This document shows positions 27,360-37,152 of a stretch of 64,000 nt of DNA, piece after piece (position 1 is the first letter of the stretch; every line of letters starts with the position of its first letter). This DNA is from Escherichia phage vB_EcoM_LNA4. Location: the sequence record MZ311864.1; one strand, 5' to 3'. Position numbers and translations under genes: made by a program. The notes beneath the pieces were generated by a model that saw only the letters and a program-made list of their open reading frames with translations, had not been told where the DNA came from and ran no database searches.

Positions 27360-28358
27360 TCAACCGGAAACTACGTTGTTAGGAACTAACTGGCGATGTT
27401 GTATCCACCCACAGAAGTTGCCTGACCAGAATGTTCCGTTTCGATCAACATGGGTGATGCCTTTCTCCCAAGAGTCAGGTTCACGAGGGAAGTTGATATG
27501 TCCGATTGTAAGATAATCAGAGTTTTCAATCTCACGGTACTCCTGCATAGGGGTGGCTTGGTGTTCGAACGGAGAGGCGTGGACCTTATTACCGCTCAAA
27601 AGTTTCCCATAAATGTCCAGCGCCTTATCTTTTGTGTTGTTCAGAACTCGGTAAGAGACCTGAGCACAACACGAGGCAGATATTGCCTTTGCTTCCTCTA
27701 CGGTAAGCATAACAGGCTTATCTTCTTCGTCAAGAACACAATACCCAACAAATACTACACACTCTTTGTCGTCAATGTCTTCGAACTCGTAGACGTGATC
27801 AACATACGGCGTGTGCCATTGTCCAGGTTCAAGCAGTTCAGGCAGAGATTCATCAAACGCCTTCTTCATGGCCTCAGCCAATACAAAGATCGTCGGATCT
27901 GCATCTTTATCTACACGCAACCACCAGAAGTTTTCGAAGTCAGTTGCAGTCAGAACCGTTTTCATACGCTGGAACGGCTCAAGAAGGCGGTTGGCAATCT
28001 GTTTGTGATAGCCTGCATCTGCAAAGCCCTCAGCAAAACGTGCTGCGCTTAATCCTGCTAAACCCCACCAAGTTTGAGGCTCGTAACCAGCGTCGATCAA
28101 TTCTTTATGGTCGCCAGCATCTTGCATACCCGGTTGGTTCTTACCGAACTTCACAGGCATTGCCGGATTCTGTTGCACCTGCTCGATCATCTTCTTGATC
28201 GGGATTGCACGGCTGCTCATGGCATTACGACTAAACAGTCGGTGCGTCATCAATTCGCTGTGAATGATACGCGGGTACTCAAGCTCAAAGGTTGTAATAC
28301 GTTGTCCCTGCGGTGAAATGCTATCCGCTACTACGCGAGCGATTACAGCCTCTGTCAT
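27360..28358 (-). CDS. thyX: flavin-dependent thymidylate synthase (ThyX-like)
   Basis: ELMTHRLFSRNAMSSRAIP resembles the ThyX RHRxxSxxxxSxR signature. Confidence 0.65.
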   Translation of the reverse strand: MTEAVIARVVADSISPQGQRITTFELEYPRIIHSELMTHRLFSRNAMSSRAIPIKKMIEQVQQNPAMPVKFGKNQPGMQDAGDHKELIDAGYEPQTWWGLAGLSAARFAEGFADAGYHKQIANRLLEPFQRMKTVLTATDFENFWWLRVDKDADPTIFVLAEAMKKAFDESLPELLEPGQWHTPYVDHVYEFEDIDDKECVVFVGYCVLDEEDKPVMLTVEEAKAISASCCAQVSYRVLNNTKDKALDIYGKLLSGNKVHASPFEHQATPMQEYREIENSDYLTIGHINFPREPDSWEKGITHVDRNGTFWSGNFCGWIQHRQLVPNNVVSG

Positions 28359-28681
28359 TACTTAGCCCCTTCTTGCAGTTTTTTCAGGATGTTTTCTTTG
28401 TTGGCTTCCATCACTTTGCCAACAGCTTCCTCTACAACCTTTTCAAGGATCGCGGTGCGATCAGCGAATCGTTGCTGGAATGCGATCATTTCTTCGGCTT
28501 CCTCTGCGGTGAAAATGCCGAGATATGCTTCAGTGATCAGGCGATTAATGAAATCGGCATCAAGGCCCATATCTGCTGCGGTGATACCGTAAGCGTCCAG
28601 ACCCATTACCTGTGGGACTTTATCCACACGGCGCTGTAACTCATTGGTCAGGATGTCGAAAGATTCTTGTTTTAAAGTCAT
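28358..28681 (-). CDS. hypothetical protein
   Basis: 107-aa ORF. Confidence 0.35.
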   Translation of the reverse strand: MTLKQESFDILTNELQRRVDKVPQVMGLDAYGITAADMGLDADFINRLITEAYLGIFTAEEAEEMIAFQQRFADRTAILEKVVEEAVGKVMEANKENILKKLQEGAK

Positions 28682-28872
28682 TTGCCTCTCCTTTTGATTC
28701 GGTATGGTGTTTCAGGATTCATGTTTGCCTTGAACACCAAATATCGTGTCAGGATGTCCTGACACATGTCACTTGTGGCTTTGAAGGATATGAGGAAAGT
28801 TCCATCCTCAGTGAACACTTCCACCCAATCCCCGTAGTGGACAACAAAGTCTCCTGTGGGGCATCTCTTCAT
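28678..28872 (-). CDS. hypothetical protein
   Basis: 64-aa ORF. Confidence 0.3.
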   Translation of the reverse strand: MKRCPTGDFVVHYGDWVEVFTEDGTFLISFKATSDMCQDILTRYLVFKANMNPETPYRIKRRGK

Positions 28873-29474
28873 TACGCAATATCCAGAACGAACTTACGGA
28901 TGTCATCCCAGTTGTCGGTCTCAAGGTCAATCGAGACACGAAGCTCCTCGGACTGATCGTATGGTGTCTTGAACTTAATCTTGATCACCTCTGGGCCGAA
29001 CTGGTTCAGGAACTCATTACGGTCATCAATGATGACATCGAGTTTGATACCAGCCTTGTTCTTCGTTGCATAGAACCCGTGGCCTGAGCCTGGCTCAATA
29101 CTGAAAAACTCTTCAGTCTCACGTTTCAGGAAACGTACCTTAGACGAGAAGTGGCCTTTTTTGCAGTAAGATACAAACTGGTTGAAGTGTCCTGCTTCAG
29201 CCCATGCTGCCACTGCTTCAACTGCACCCGGTAGGGGTTTCAGTTTATCATACAGATATGGGTCTTCCCAAAAATCGTGTGGTGGAACCTGATTTACCTT
29301 TGCAGGTGGAAAATACTTGGAAACGTTGTAATACACCTTCCCTTGTGGATTCAGTGGTGGCAGAGTAGGATCTGCCTTCACACCGTAAACCTGCTCCATC
29401 CAATGAACCCAGGGTGTCCCAGAATCAACAAAGGTCAGGTCAACATCAATACCAATATTCAGCGGTTTACGCAT
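28872..29474 (-). CDS. HAD-family 5'(3')-deoxyribonucleotidase-like
   Basis: HAD motif I IGIDVDLT and later DVIIDDR; start at MRKPLN with GGAGAAGAG RBS. Confidence 0.55.
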   Translation of the reverse strand: MRKPLNIGIDVDLTFVDSGTPWVHWMEQVYGVKADPTLPPLNPQGKVYYNVSKYFPPAKVNQVPPHDFWEDPYLYDKLKPLPGAVEAVAAWAEAGHFNQFVSYCKKGHFSSKVRFLKRETEEFFSIEPGSGHGFYATKNKAGIKLDVIIDDRNEFLNQFGPEVIKIKFKTPYDQSEELRVSIDLETDNWDDIRKFVLDIA

Positions 29475-30072
29475 TCTCTTCTCCGTAGCTAATAGTCCTC
29501 GCCCATTCGAGAACCTCTTCAGCACAGTCTATCATGCCGCCCTCTTTGTTGTCAAAGTCACGCTCATGCCCTTTGATATCATCAAGGTACAACCAGTTAC
29601 GACTGTCATTTCCCCAATCATAACCTTTTCGGTGGATACGTGCAAGGAAGAATTCACCGCCTGTTGAGTACGCATAGTCGGATAGCTCCTTGATCTCTTC
29701 CTTGAAGCCACCATCTGAATACACAATAACTTCATCATTTGCGTATGTCTTCTTCAGGTGCTCTACCGCAGCCTTACCAAAAGCAGACTTACCGAACAAT
29801 GGCTTGATCACTTTCTCTGAGCAATGGATCATCCACTGACGTGGTGATACATTCACCCCATCGATCATCAGATACGGGCTTGGGATCTCTTTGTACCGAC
29901 GAGTGTACATTGCATCCCACAACTCGCGGGAAATACCCGCTGAACGGATCGCAACCTCAAAAAGGAGTTCCTTAACCTCTTCGTGGTTGATGTTTGGGTT
30001 ACCCTTGCAGAGATACGCAGAGATCTCATCTTTCCCGCTCTGCGGCGGTGCATTAAGAACAATAATATCCAT
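29467..30072 (-). CDS. deoxynucleoside monophosphate kinase-like P-loop protein
   Basis: P-loop NAPPQSGKDE near N-terminus. Confidence 0.5.
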   Translation of the reverse strand: MDIIVLNAPPQSGKDEISAYLCKGNPNINHEEVKELLFEVAIRSAGISRELWDAMYTRRYKEIPSPYLMIDGVNVSPRQWMIHCSEKVIKPLFGKSAFGKAAVEHLKKTYANDEVIVYSDGGFKEEIKELSDYAYSTGGEFFLARIHRKGYDWGNDSRNWLYLDDIKGHERDFDNKEGGMIDCAEEVLEWARTISYGEENA

Positions 30073-30257
30073 CAGTACCCCGCGTATTCTTGCATAGCAT
30101 TAACGATATCAAGACAAGCGCCGATTTTATTAAAGCGGTCTTCATCAGGCTCCGATTCAACAAGTTCTTCGAGCCGAATGTCAAGGTCACGAAGTTGTTT
30201 AATCAACCATTCATTATCGAAAGAATCTGGAACCTTAATACTGATAACTCTACTCAT
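30072..30257 (-). CDS. hypothetical protein
   Basis: 61-aa acidic ORF. Confidence 0.3.
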   Translation of the reverse strand: MSRVISIKVPDSFDNEWLIKQLRDLDIRLEELVESEPDEDRFNKIGACLDIVNAMQEYAGY

Positions 30258-30287
30258 AAATTCTCCTTTACAAAAGGGCCGAAGCCC

Positions 30288-31262
30288 TTAAATAATATTG
30301 ACAAGCGTATTAGCCATTTCTTCCTTGGTACGGATATTACGGCGGTCACGCATCACCGAACCACAGCACTCGCAACGGTATGCTTGGAACTTGGAAAGGT
30401 ACGTAGTACCGACCTTGCCCTGCATCTCCACAACCTGATCAGAGTTACAACGAACACAGCGTAGAACCTGGTTGTCGTCTTCCTCGTTGAACAGGGTCAC
30501 GTTAGGGTGTTTCTTCATGAAAGGCCTTACTTTCAGATAGATACCTTCAAGTGTTGGAATATCACCGATGTTATAGAATTCCATTTCCTCAAATGCTTCG
30601 ATCTCTCCGTGGAAACAGCGAATCCACAATGTAATACCCTCGTGGTGGCGCTTACGTGCGTCCAGTTGGAAGTAATTACATGCGGCCTCCAGAGCATTAG
30701 AAGGCAAGGAGAATGCCGACTTCAGTTCTGCAAGTGTATCGATCACAATGTACGGAGATGGTGGTTTCATTCCGTGGAATGCGAAACGCTGGTTAGCCCA
30801 ACCCTTATCGAAACGAGCATTGTGTGCAATGAAGATGTCACACTCATCCAGGATATGCCACAGTTCTTCAACCAGTTCTCGGTCGTCATGGATATCTGTT
30901 TTGAAAGTTTCGTAGTCCGGGAGTTTGCGACTGATGATCGCCGGGTTATCCAACCACTTACCCGCCCATGTCAGCATGTATGGCTCGTGCTCAACGTGGG
31001 AAGGTGTTACAAATGCCTTGAATCGGTTAAAGACCCAAGCCAAAGTCGCAGAGACCTCTACGTCACCCAAGAAGATCTTCGCTCCCGGATTACGTGCAAC
31101 TGTCTCGGTAATTACCTGAGCAGCCTGCTTATCGTACTCGTGGGCCTTCAGGATCAGACGGATGTGTGATTCCTTACTCTCTTTCCCAAGATAACGACGA
31201 GCAATTTCACGGTTACTCAGACCTTTCGCTTTTAAATCAAGGATTTCTTCTGCACTCAGCAT
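30288..31262 (-). CDS. DEDD-type 3'-5' exonuclease-like protein
   Basis: FIAHNARFD exo II-like motif; C-terminal Cys4 zinc ribbon. Confidence 0.5.
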   Translation of the reverse strand: MLSAEEILDLKAKGLSNREIARRYLGKESKESHIRLILKAHEYDKQAAQVITETVARNPGAKIFLGDVEVSATLAWVFNRFKAFVTPSHVEHEPYMLTWAGKWLDNPAIISRKLPDYETFKTDIHDDRELVEELWHILDECDIFIAHNARFDKGWANQRFAFHGMKPPSPYIVIDTLAELKSAFSLPSNALEAACNYFQLDARKRHHEGITLWIRCFHGEIEAFEEMEFYNIGDIPTLEGIYLKVRPFMKKHPNVTLFNEEDDNQVLRCVRCNSDQVVEMQGKVGTTYLSKFQAYRCECCGSVMRDRRNIRTKEEMANTLVNII

Positions 31263-31477
31263 TACACCTCTCGGATAAATTCAACAATATCATTCACAGC
31301 AAAGTCTCTCACGGCATCTTTCTCGACATCATATGCCTTGATCATCCATTGAGGCTCTTTGTGAAACTCAGTGGACCCATACCACATCACCGGGTCCATA
31401 ACGGTTCTATAACCGTACTCACCTCTCCAGTTCTTGTAGTAGAACTTCAAGGGTTTACTCAAATTATTCAGCAAATC
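31262..31477 (-). CDS. hypothetical protein (probable TTG start)
   Basis: GGAGGA RBS then TTG; avoids long out-of-frame overlap. Confidence 0.3.
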   Translation of the reverse strand, partial: DLLNNLSKPLKFYYKNWRGEYGYRTVMDPVMWYGSTEFHKEPQWMIKAYDVEKDAVRDFAVNDIVEFIREV

Positions 31478-31949
31478 TTTCCTCCGTCTGTCTGACAAAC
31501 TCCGTAAGGTAAAGTGTGATGCTTTCGTGTTTCTGAGTCCCTTTCGGGATGATGAGGCCGAGATCCGACTCAGCCCTTTCAATGATCTTCTCATTGGTGC
31601 ATCTTCTCAGGAACTTCAGCATGTCGTCCTTATACCCTGCGTGAATAGGATACCCACTGAAATCCTGTTCCAAATAGTCAGCAAGATTTCTAAGCGCTGT
31701 GGACAAAGAGGTGTCTGTGTAAGCAGAAACGTACTTCATCCAAGCCTTCAGGACATATCCTTCAAACGTATTCACACACTGGCTCAGAACTCCTCGACAC
31801 TTTCCATCGAAGTGATCATGATCGAGACAAGGCTTGCGAAGTGGCTCACCGAGTACAGGATCAAGACCGCCTTGTTCCAGAATTAATTTCTCCCTGAATG
31901 CTGCAATCTGTCTTGCATCCTTAACCCAAAGTTCTGCCGTCAATGGCAC
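31464..31949 (-). CDS. hypothetical protein
   Basis: 161-aa ORF. Confidence 0.4.
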   Translation of the reverse strand: MPLTAELWVKDARQIAAFREKLILEQGGLDPVLGEPLRKPCLDHDHFDGKCRGVLSQCVNTFEGYVLKAWMKYVSAYTDTSLSTALRNLADYLEQDFSGYPIHAGYKDDMLKFLRRCTNEKIIERAESDLGLIIPKGTQKHESITLYLTEFVRQTEERFAE

Positions 31950-31993
31950 TACGACAGGCTTCTTCCTTGCCTTGGGTTTGGATACAGGACTTT

Positions 31994-32626
31994 TTACTCT
32001 TTTCCTGCGGATAGCCCCTCCAAGAACTTCTTACCGATTAAATACGCATCGGCGTAGTCAGCCTTTCCTGCTGCAAGAGTAACACCGTCTAACCACCCCG
32101 GATAGTCGTAATCAACGGCCTTAACCATCATGGCTTTGTCCATCTTAACTTTGGAGCGTGATGATACCATTTTATTCTTCTTTTTGTCAAGCTTTTCCTT
32201 AGTTACCCACTGCTCTTCCTCTGGAAGGAGGCTACGGGCAAAAGACTTAACAGAAGTCGGTGCAACAGTATGGATGTTAAAGTATTCAATAAAGTGATTA
32301 CCACAACCATCCAAGCTAAGGGCAATGCAGTAGAACAGACCTGCAAGGTCCCTTGTGGCACTACCAATAGACCCAAGACTCAGTGCTTCCATCACATAAT
32401 CATCTGGAGAATACTCAGTACACAGTTCATTTATCCTTTTACAGATATGCTCGATCTGCTCATAAACGGTGTCAAAGTAGTAAACTTCCGGGTTTTGCTT
32501 TCCCTTGCTCTTGGTAGAACCAGTCCTGATCATCTCCCGATAAATAGGAGTCCCATCACTCCAGATAACAACGGCACAATGGGACAAAGACTGATCAACA
32601 GACATCAAAACATAAGGGAACTCACT
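31994..32626 (-). CDS. RuvC-like Holliday junction resolvase
   Basis: LMSVDQSLSHCAVVIW, VMEALS and ADYADAYLIG resemble RuvC catalytic motifs. Confidence 0.5.
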   Translation of the reverse strand, partial: SEFPYVLMSVDQSLSHCAVVIWSDGTPIYREMIRTGSTKSKGKQNPEVYYFDTVYEQIEHICKRINELCTEYSPDDYVMEALSLGSIGSATRDLAGLFYCIALSLDGCGNHFIEYFNIHTVAPTSVKSFARSLLPEEEQWVTKEKLDKKKNKMVSSRSKVKMDKAMMVKAVDYDYPGWLDGVTLAAGKADYADAYLIGKKFLEGLSAGKE

Positions 32627-33020
32627 CATCTTTCCCGTCCACAGCATTCTCACGGAAAAGAACCAAGGAGCACTCAAGGTCACCGTAGGCAACACTTGTC
32701 AACAGTAGCAACTTCTCTCCCTCAACAAGCTCACAGTCATTAAGAAGCAGGACTGTAAAGGCCTTATCTGGGTCAATGAAATCGTCTGTGAAGACAACAT
32801 AGTCTCCGTGATCGGTTTCCAGCATTCTCCAAATACCTGTTCCGACCATGAACTTAGGTTTCAGAGAAGAAACAGCGAGGGCCTTAGAGTCCCTCATTAC
32901 TGCTTCCATGATCATCCCGTCAATCATAAAACCCCCACACGGCGAAGCTCTGTACTCAAGGTGGTGTGATCGTTGGCAGTACGCTTCATATAGACCATCT
33001 GGAAGATGATTGAAGCCCAC
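32622..33020 (-). CDS. hypothetical protein
   Basis: 132-aa ORF. Confidence 0.35.
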   Translation of the reverse strand: MGFNHLPDGLYEAYCQRSHHLEYRASPCGGFMIDGMIMEAVMRDSKALAVSSLKPKFMVGTGIWRMLETDHGDYVVFTDDFIDPDKAFTVLLLNDCELVEGEKLLLLTSVAYGDLECSLVLFRENAVDGKDE

Positions 33021-34057
33021 TGACCAGCACTCATTTTACGATGAGTCCCGTCCCACGAGGTAAACTCCACCCCGTTAGGGAACCAGGTTTTGTACTGGTC
33101 AACAATCGCAGTCCACATATCCTTTTCAGTCTGAAGGTGACCGATCAGGTTGAATGCAGCAGTATCCCCAAAACGCCCGGAGATATCGAATGACTGATAA
33201 GGTTTGATGTTGTCTGAGCTATCACCGCAGAGCATCTGGTAGCCAAAGAACTTACGTCCCCAGCCCTTGACCTTGTTACCTTCCATCCAAATCTCTCCCA
33301 TAGAATCATCAATGATCATTGGGATAGGGTGTTTCCATGTTTTCTCTTCGCTGTCACGCATAGTGTCAAAAAGAAGACCCGGCGTTCCCTTCTGGTCCTT
33401 ATCGAAGGATGCAACCATGTAGTTGAACTTGCCAGTGGCCTGGTAGAACTCCCACCCGGTGTTCATTAGCACAGACAGGTAATCGTCTGCCTCAACGCCG
33501 TCAATCACCTTGGCCTTGTACTTCTTCTTAACATATTCGCGTGTTTCCTGCAACAGCTTAGGACGCAGGGTGTCTTCACGGTTGCCCTTATAACGCTCAG
33601 GTGCCGGAAGTAACAGACGGAAGTTGTTTTCACCACCAAGAACACCCATCCCGTATTGGTTGTCCATTTCAAGGTGTTCAAAGATCGCATTGATCTTAGT
33701 TTTCAGGATGTGCAGGCAGTTTTCAACAGGCTCTGGAGTCTGAATGTCCTCAATCAGGAAGTCATCTCTTCCCCACGGAGTAAATTCACGTCCTTCTGCC
33801 TTTGCCTTGATTTCCATATTGGCGTTCTGGTCTTTCAACCAACCGCCTACCACCCTTTTGGTGGAACCCCAGAATTCTGTTCTGTTTTTGAAGATCTTTT
33901 CCCTGCCAGAAGCAATGTGCGTTGCCTTAATCGTGCGCTTCTCAGCGCCAGCAGCAGACACAAAGCAAGTTTGGTCAAGGTCTAAAGCGATCACACAGTC
34001 ATTCGTGACTTTATTTTTCCAATCTTTATCATACGGATATCCCACTAGCCCTCTCAA
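32924..34057 (-). CDS. 5'-3' exonuclease / flap endonuclease (FEN, RNase H-like)
   Basis: DGVEADDYLSVL matches the FEN G-x-E-A-D-D motif; 377 aa. Confidence 0.6.
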   Translation of the reverse strand: MRGLVGYPYDKDWKNKVTNDCVIALDLDQTCFVSAAGAEKRTIKATHIASGREKIFKNRTEFWGSTKRVVGGWLKDQNANMEIKAKAEGREFTPWGRDDFLIEDIQTPEPVENCLHILKTKINAIFEHLEMDNQYGMGVLGGENNFRLLLPAPERYKGNREDTLRPKLLQETREYVKKKYKAKVIDGVEADDYLSVLMNTGWEFYQATGKFNYMVASFDKDQKGTPGLLFDTMRDSEEKTWKHPIPMIIDDSMGEIWMEGNKVKGWGRKFFGYQMLCGDSSDNIKPYQSFDISGRFGDTAAFNLIGHLQTEKDMWTAIVDQYKTWFPNGVEFTSWDGTHRKMSAGQWASIIFQMVYMKRTANDHTTLSTELRRVGVL

Positions 34058-34545
34058 TCGTTACTCAAATACTCGTCCAAATACCGGACATCCAGTTCCC
34101 ATTCCTCTCGCTTACTCCGTTCATGATACAAGGCAAATGCCTCGCTAACGTACTTCTCTGCGACCTGTCTGGAGACACCGTTCACCTTCATGAAGTGACG
34201 AAGGGCGATCTCTCCTCTTCCACGAATACCAGCAAGGCCGATATGTTTTACTTCGTGACATGACGGGCAGAGCGCGATAAGACCTTTCAGCGTTATCTTA
34301 CCATTACCAAAGTCCCAGATTTCGTGACACTCAACAGGGTGCTTATTCCCTTTACCACCACAAATCTCACATCTGTAATTGGCTTTGGCATAGCATTTCT
34401 TTCTTACGACATCCCATTGGGATTTAGTGAGGTGAGAGCGTAAGTTAGTAAACCAAGCTGTTTTCGGAACCAGTTCAATCTCTAATTTCAATTCACCTCC
34501 ACGAAGCTGCGATAACGACATCAATTGCTCTTTCCCAGCATTCAC
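34054..34545 (-). CDS. HNH homing endonuclease
   Basis: CEICGGKGNKHPVECHEIWDF...CPSCHEVKH. Confidence 0.6.
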   Translation of the reverse strand: MNAGKEQLMSLSQLRGGELKLEIELVPKTAWFTNLRSHLTKSQWDVVRKKCYAKANYRCEICGGKGNKHPVECHEIWDFGNGKITLKGLIALCPSCHEVKHIGLAGIRGRGEIALRHFMKVNGVSRQVAEKYVSEAFALYHERSKREEWELDVRYLDEYLSND

Positions 34546-35005
34546 CGAGAAGATTTAATCCTTGCCAGTTGGCAGGATCATCAATGCGTGTATCATATTC
34601 ATTCATTTTAACTCCCCAGATTGCGTCATATGGGGATGCCTCTACAAAGCGACGACCAGCATCTCTGTGGGTCAGTGCTGCCTCAAGGATGGATCGATTC
34701 GCCTTCATTTTCAGAACAAGACCGTTTGTTACAATGTCCATCCGGTTTTCTTCCCAGACACTATTGTCAAAGTCCCTGACTTTACGGCCCAGCGCTTTTG
34801 CCTCATTTGGATTATTAACCGTGGCAATACGTGCAGCAATCTCTTTATCATCAAAGAGCATTGCTTTCTGGAACATCATAAAGTGCTCAACCGTGAAGAA
34901 TTCATAGCCACCACAACGGATAGGGATTACCTGACGGAAGTGGTTGCTGAACATATCACGGTAAGTGAAGAAGAAAACATGCTTATCAGTTATTCTCATC
35001 ACCAA
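34493..35005 (-). CDS. NADAR (YbiA-like) domain protein
   Basis: FSNHF, TVEHFMMFQKAMLF, NPNEAKALGRKV and EASPYDAIWGV match NADAR/DUF1768 signatures. Confidence 0.7.
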   Translation of the reverse strand: MVMRITDKHVFFFTYRDMFSNHFRQVIPIRCGGYEFFTVEHFMMFQKAMLFDDKEIAARIATVNNPNEAKALGRKVRDFDNSVWEENRMDIVTNGLVLKMKANRSILEAALTHRDAGRRFVEASPYDAIWGVKMNEYDTRIDDPANWQGLNLLGECWERAIDVVIAASWR

Positions 35006-35010
35006 ACCTC

Positions 35011-35205
35011 TTAGTGGAATGTCTTTTTAGACGGACATGAACCAGCACCTTCTTTCACAACGCTCTCGGTACGATTACCGTCGCTGTAGATGCAGACTTT
35101 GGAGCTTCCATCAGTGTATTCATCCACCAAAGAAAGTGTGTTGACTGTGGCGAATGCCTGGGAAGAGAGCAGCGCTGCTGCTAAAAGAATTGTTGTGCGG
35201 ATCAT
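35011..35205 (-). CDS. small secreted protein
   Basis: Signal peptide MIRTTILLAAALLSSQAFA; 64 aa. Confidence 0.45.
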   Translation of the reverse strand: MIRTTILLAAALLSSQAFATVNTLSLVDEYTDGSSKVCIYSDGNRTESVVKEGAGSCPSKKTFH

Positions 35206-35268
35206 TTTGTATCTCCTTTATTAAGTTGAGACCCGATAATAATCTATCACCGGGCCTTTTGTCAACTC

Positions 35269-36159
35269 TTATTTACCTGCTGGCAGGGTAACGAATGGGG
35301 TCTGAGAGCCGCTGGTCATGTAGACTGGGGTCACACCGTTCCACTTGTTAATTGCTTCCAGTTGCATAATCTCTGGGTTTTTGCGGAGAGAATCACCACG
35401 AAGTTGGATGGATTCTGCTTCACCTTTTGCCAGCGCTACTTTAGCATCGGCTTCACCCTGAGCTTGCAGTCGCTTAGATTCAGCTTCACCGCGAGCGGCT
35501 TCGATCTGTTTCTGAGCTTCAGCTTTGGTCTGCTGGATTTCGTTTTCACGCAGCAGTGCTTTCTGAGTCGCTTCGATCTTCGCGTTGATGGACGCTGTTA
35601 CCTGTGGTGGGTAACGCAGGTCATCAGTGTAAGACAGTTTCACGATCACGATACCAATTGGGTCAAGTTTCGCTTTCAGCGTTTTCGTCACACGATCCAG
35701 AAGCTGAGATTTACCATCACCAGCCAGCGTACCGATATCCATCGTACCCGCTTCTTTGATCAGTGCATCAGAGATGTTCTGACGAATGTTTACATCAGTG
35801 ATTTCCTGAACACCTTTACGGTAAGTCTGGAAGATCTTGGTGACCTTAGAGCGGTCAACGTAGTATTCAACACCAACCTTCGCAGAGACTGTCATGGAGT
35901 CTTTGGTCTGGAAGTTAAACGGCTGGTCGTAGTTGTTCAACTGATTGAACGTTGGGAACTGATAGATCTCTTCGTTCCATGTCAGCCAATATTTACCAAC
36001 ACCGACTTCCTGTTGCTGAACGCCCTTCTCATCGCCGTACAGGTCAACCTTGACACCAACGTAACCTGCCGGGACGGTTGCACGTTCACAACCTGTCAGG
36101 CCAATTGCACCCAGAGCGATCAGGCCAGCGAAAACTACACGTTTGATATTCTTAAGCAT
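35269..36159 (-). CDS. SPFH/band-7 domain lipoprotein
   Basis: Lipobox LTGC after signal peptide; SPFH-like core and C-terminal coiled coil. Confidence 0.6.
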   Translation of the reverse strand: MLKNIKRVVFAGLIALGAIGLTGCERATVPAGYVGVKVDLYGDEKGVQQQEVGVGKYWLTWNEEIYQFPTFNQLNNYDQPFNFQTKDSMTVSAKVGVEYYVDRSKVTKIFQTYRKGVQEITDVNIRQNISDALIKEAGTMDIGTLAGDGKSQLLDRVTKTLKAKLDPIGIVIVKLSYTDDLRYPPQVTASINAKIEATQKALLRENEIQQTKAEAQKQIEAARGEAESKRLQAQGEADAKVALAKGEAESIQLRGDSLRKNPEIMQLEAINKWNGVTPVYMTSGSQTPFVTLPAGK

Positions 36160-36299
36160 TGGTTTGGTTCTCCTCTTTGATTTTGTATTCAGTTTTTACA
36201 GTTTGGTCAACGTGATCGTCAACAATTTTCGCTACCAAGGCAGCGGCAGACTTATTTCTGGACCGGGCCAGATGCTGCAACTTTTCCCAGGTAGATGCT

Positions 36300-36503
36300 T
36301 TAAGATTTAGTAGCATCTAAGCCTCCACGTTTAAAGAACACTTTACGGACCCAATACCACACAACCGCCGGGGCTGAGAACACCAGGGCGAAACCGCCGA
36401 TAACGCCCAGTGTATCTTTAGCAGAAACTAAAGTTGGTACTGCGAACCCGAAGATGAAGCAAAGGAAAACAAATAAGCCAACACCATTCAGGTAATATTT
36501 CAT
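36300..36503 (-). CDS. small membrane protein
   Basis: 67 aa, two hydrophobic helices. Confidence 0.35.
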   Translation of the reverse strand: MKYYLNGVGLFVFLCFIFGFAVPTLVSAKDTLGVIGGFALVFSAPAVVWYWVRKVFFKRGGLDATKS

Positions 36504-36838
36504 TATTGAGCACCTTCCGCAGCGGCTGGTTTGCCACGACCAAACAGAATATCTGCTTCGGTCATCTGCTCAACCTGCTCCTCAAGGTTTTTACGCTTTT
36601 TACCAGCCTGATACTGACGGTCAAACTCTGCTGCTACCAGCGTTTTGATGAATTTAGGATCGTAGTTGTGGCTGTCCTTTTCTACCGCAACGATGTCCTT
36701 GAACTGGCTCGCCGCATCTTTCTGGGCGATCTTCGCATCAACACCTTCCTGAATTACTTTCTTCAGGCGATCACGCTCTACTGGGTCAGAAGGCAGGGTG
36801 TTTTTCAGTTCTACTTTGATTTTAGGCATACGTGGCAT
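36503..36838 (-). CDS. hypothetical protein
   Basis: 111-aa charged ORF. Confidence 0.4.
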   Translation of the reverse strand: MPRMPKIKVELKNTLPSDPVERDRLKKVIQEGVDAKIAQKDAASQFKDIVAVEKDSHNYDPKFIKTLVAAEFDRQYQAGKKRKNLEEQVEQMTEADILFGRGKPAAAEGAQ

Positions 36839-36906
36839 AGTTTTGTTTCTCCTCTGTTTGTTTAGTCTGTTCAGTATAACTACTTAATTCTTTTTGTCAA
36901 ACACTT

Positions 36907-37152
36907 TTAATCAATGCCGACAATCTTTCCACCAGAACGCTCAATCTGAGCAATATACGCATCCAGTGTTCCGAGTGTACACTCATAGGCGTACTTCTTC
37001 TCACCACCCCAACGACGCTTCATTGTGAAGCGAATCACGTATTTTCTACGCGGCAATGGAGACACCGAGCTTTGGTCAATGCTGATTTTAACATTCAAAC
37101 GCTTTGCCAGTTCACGGAGGTCACTAAAGACCTTTTCAACATCTTCGTTCAC
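36907..37152 (-). CDS. hypothetical protein
   Basis: 81-aa ORF. Confidence 0.35.
   Translation of the reverse strand: MNEDVEKVFSDLRELAKRLNVKISIDQSSVSPLPRRKYVIRFTMKRRWGGEKKYAYECTLGTLDAYIAQIERSGGKIVGID

Noticed and set aside
35362-36180. 272-aa plus-strand ORF
   Set aside because: Antisense to the SPFH lipoprotein gene; Cys/Phe-rich nonsense-like translation.
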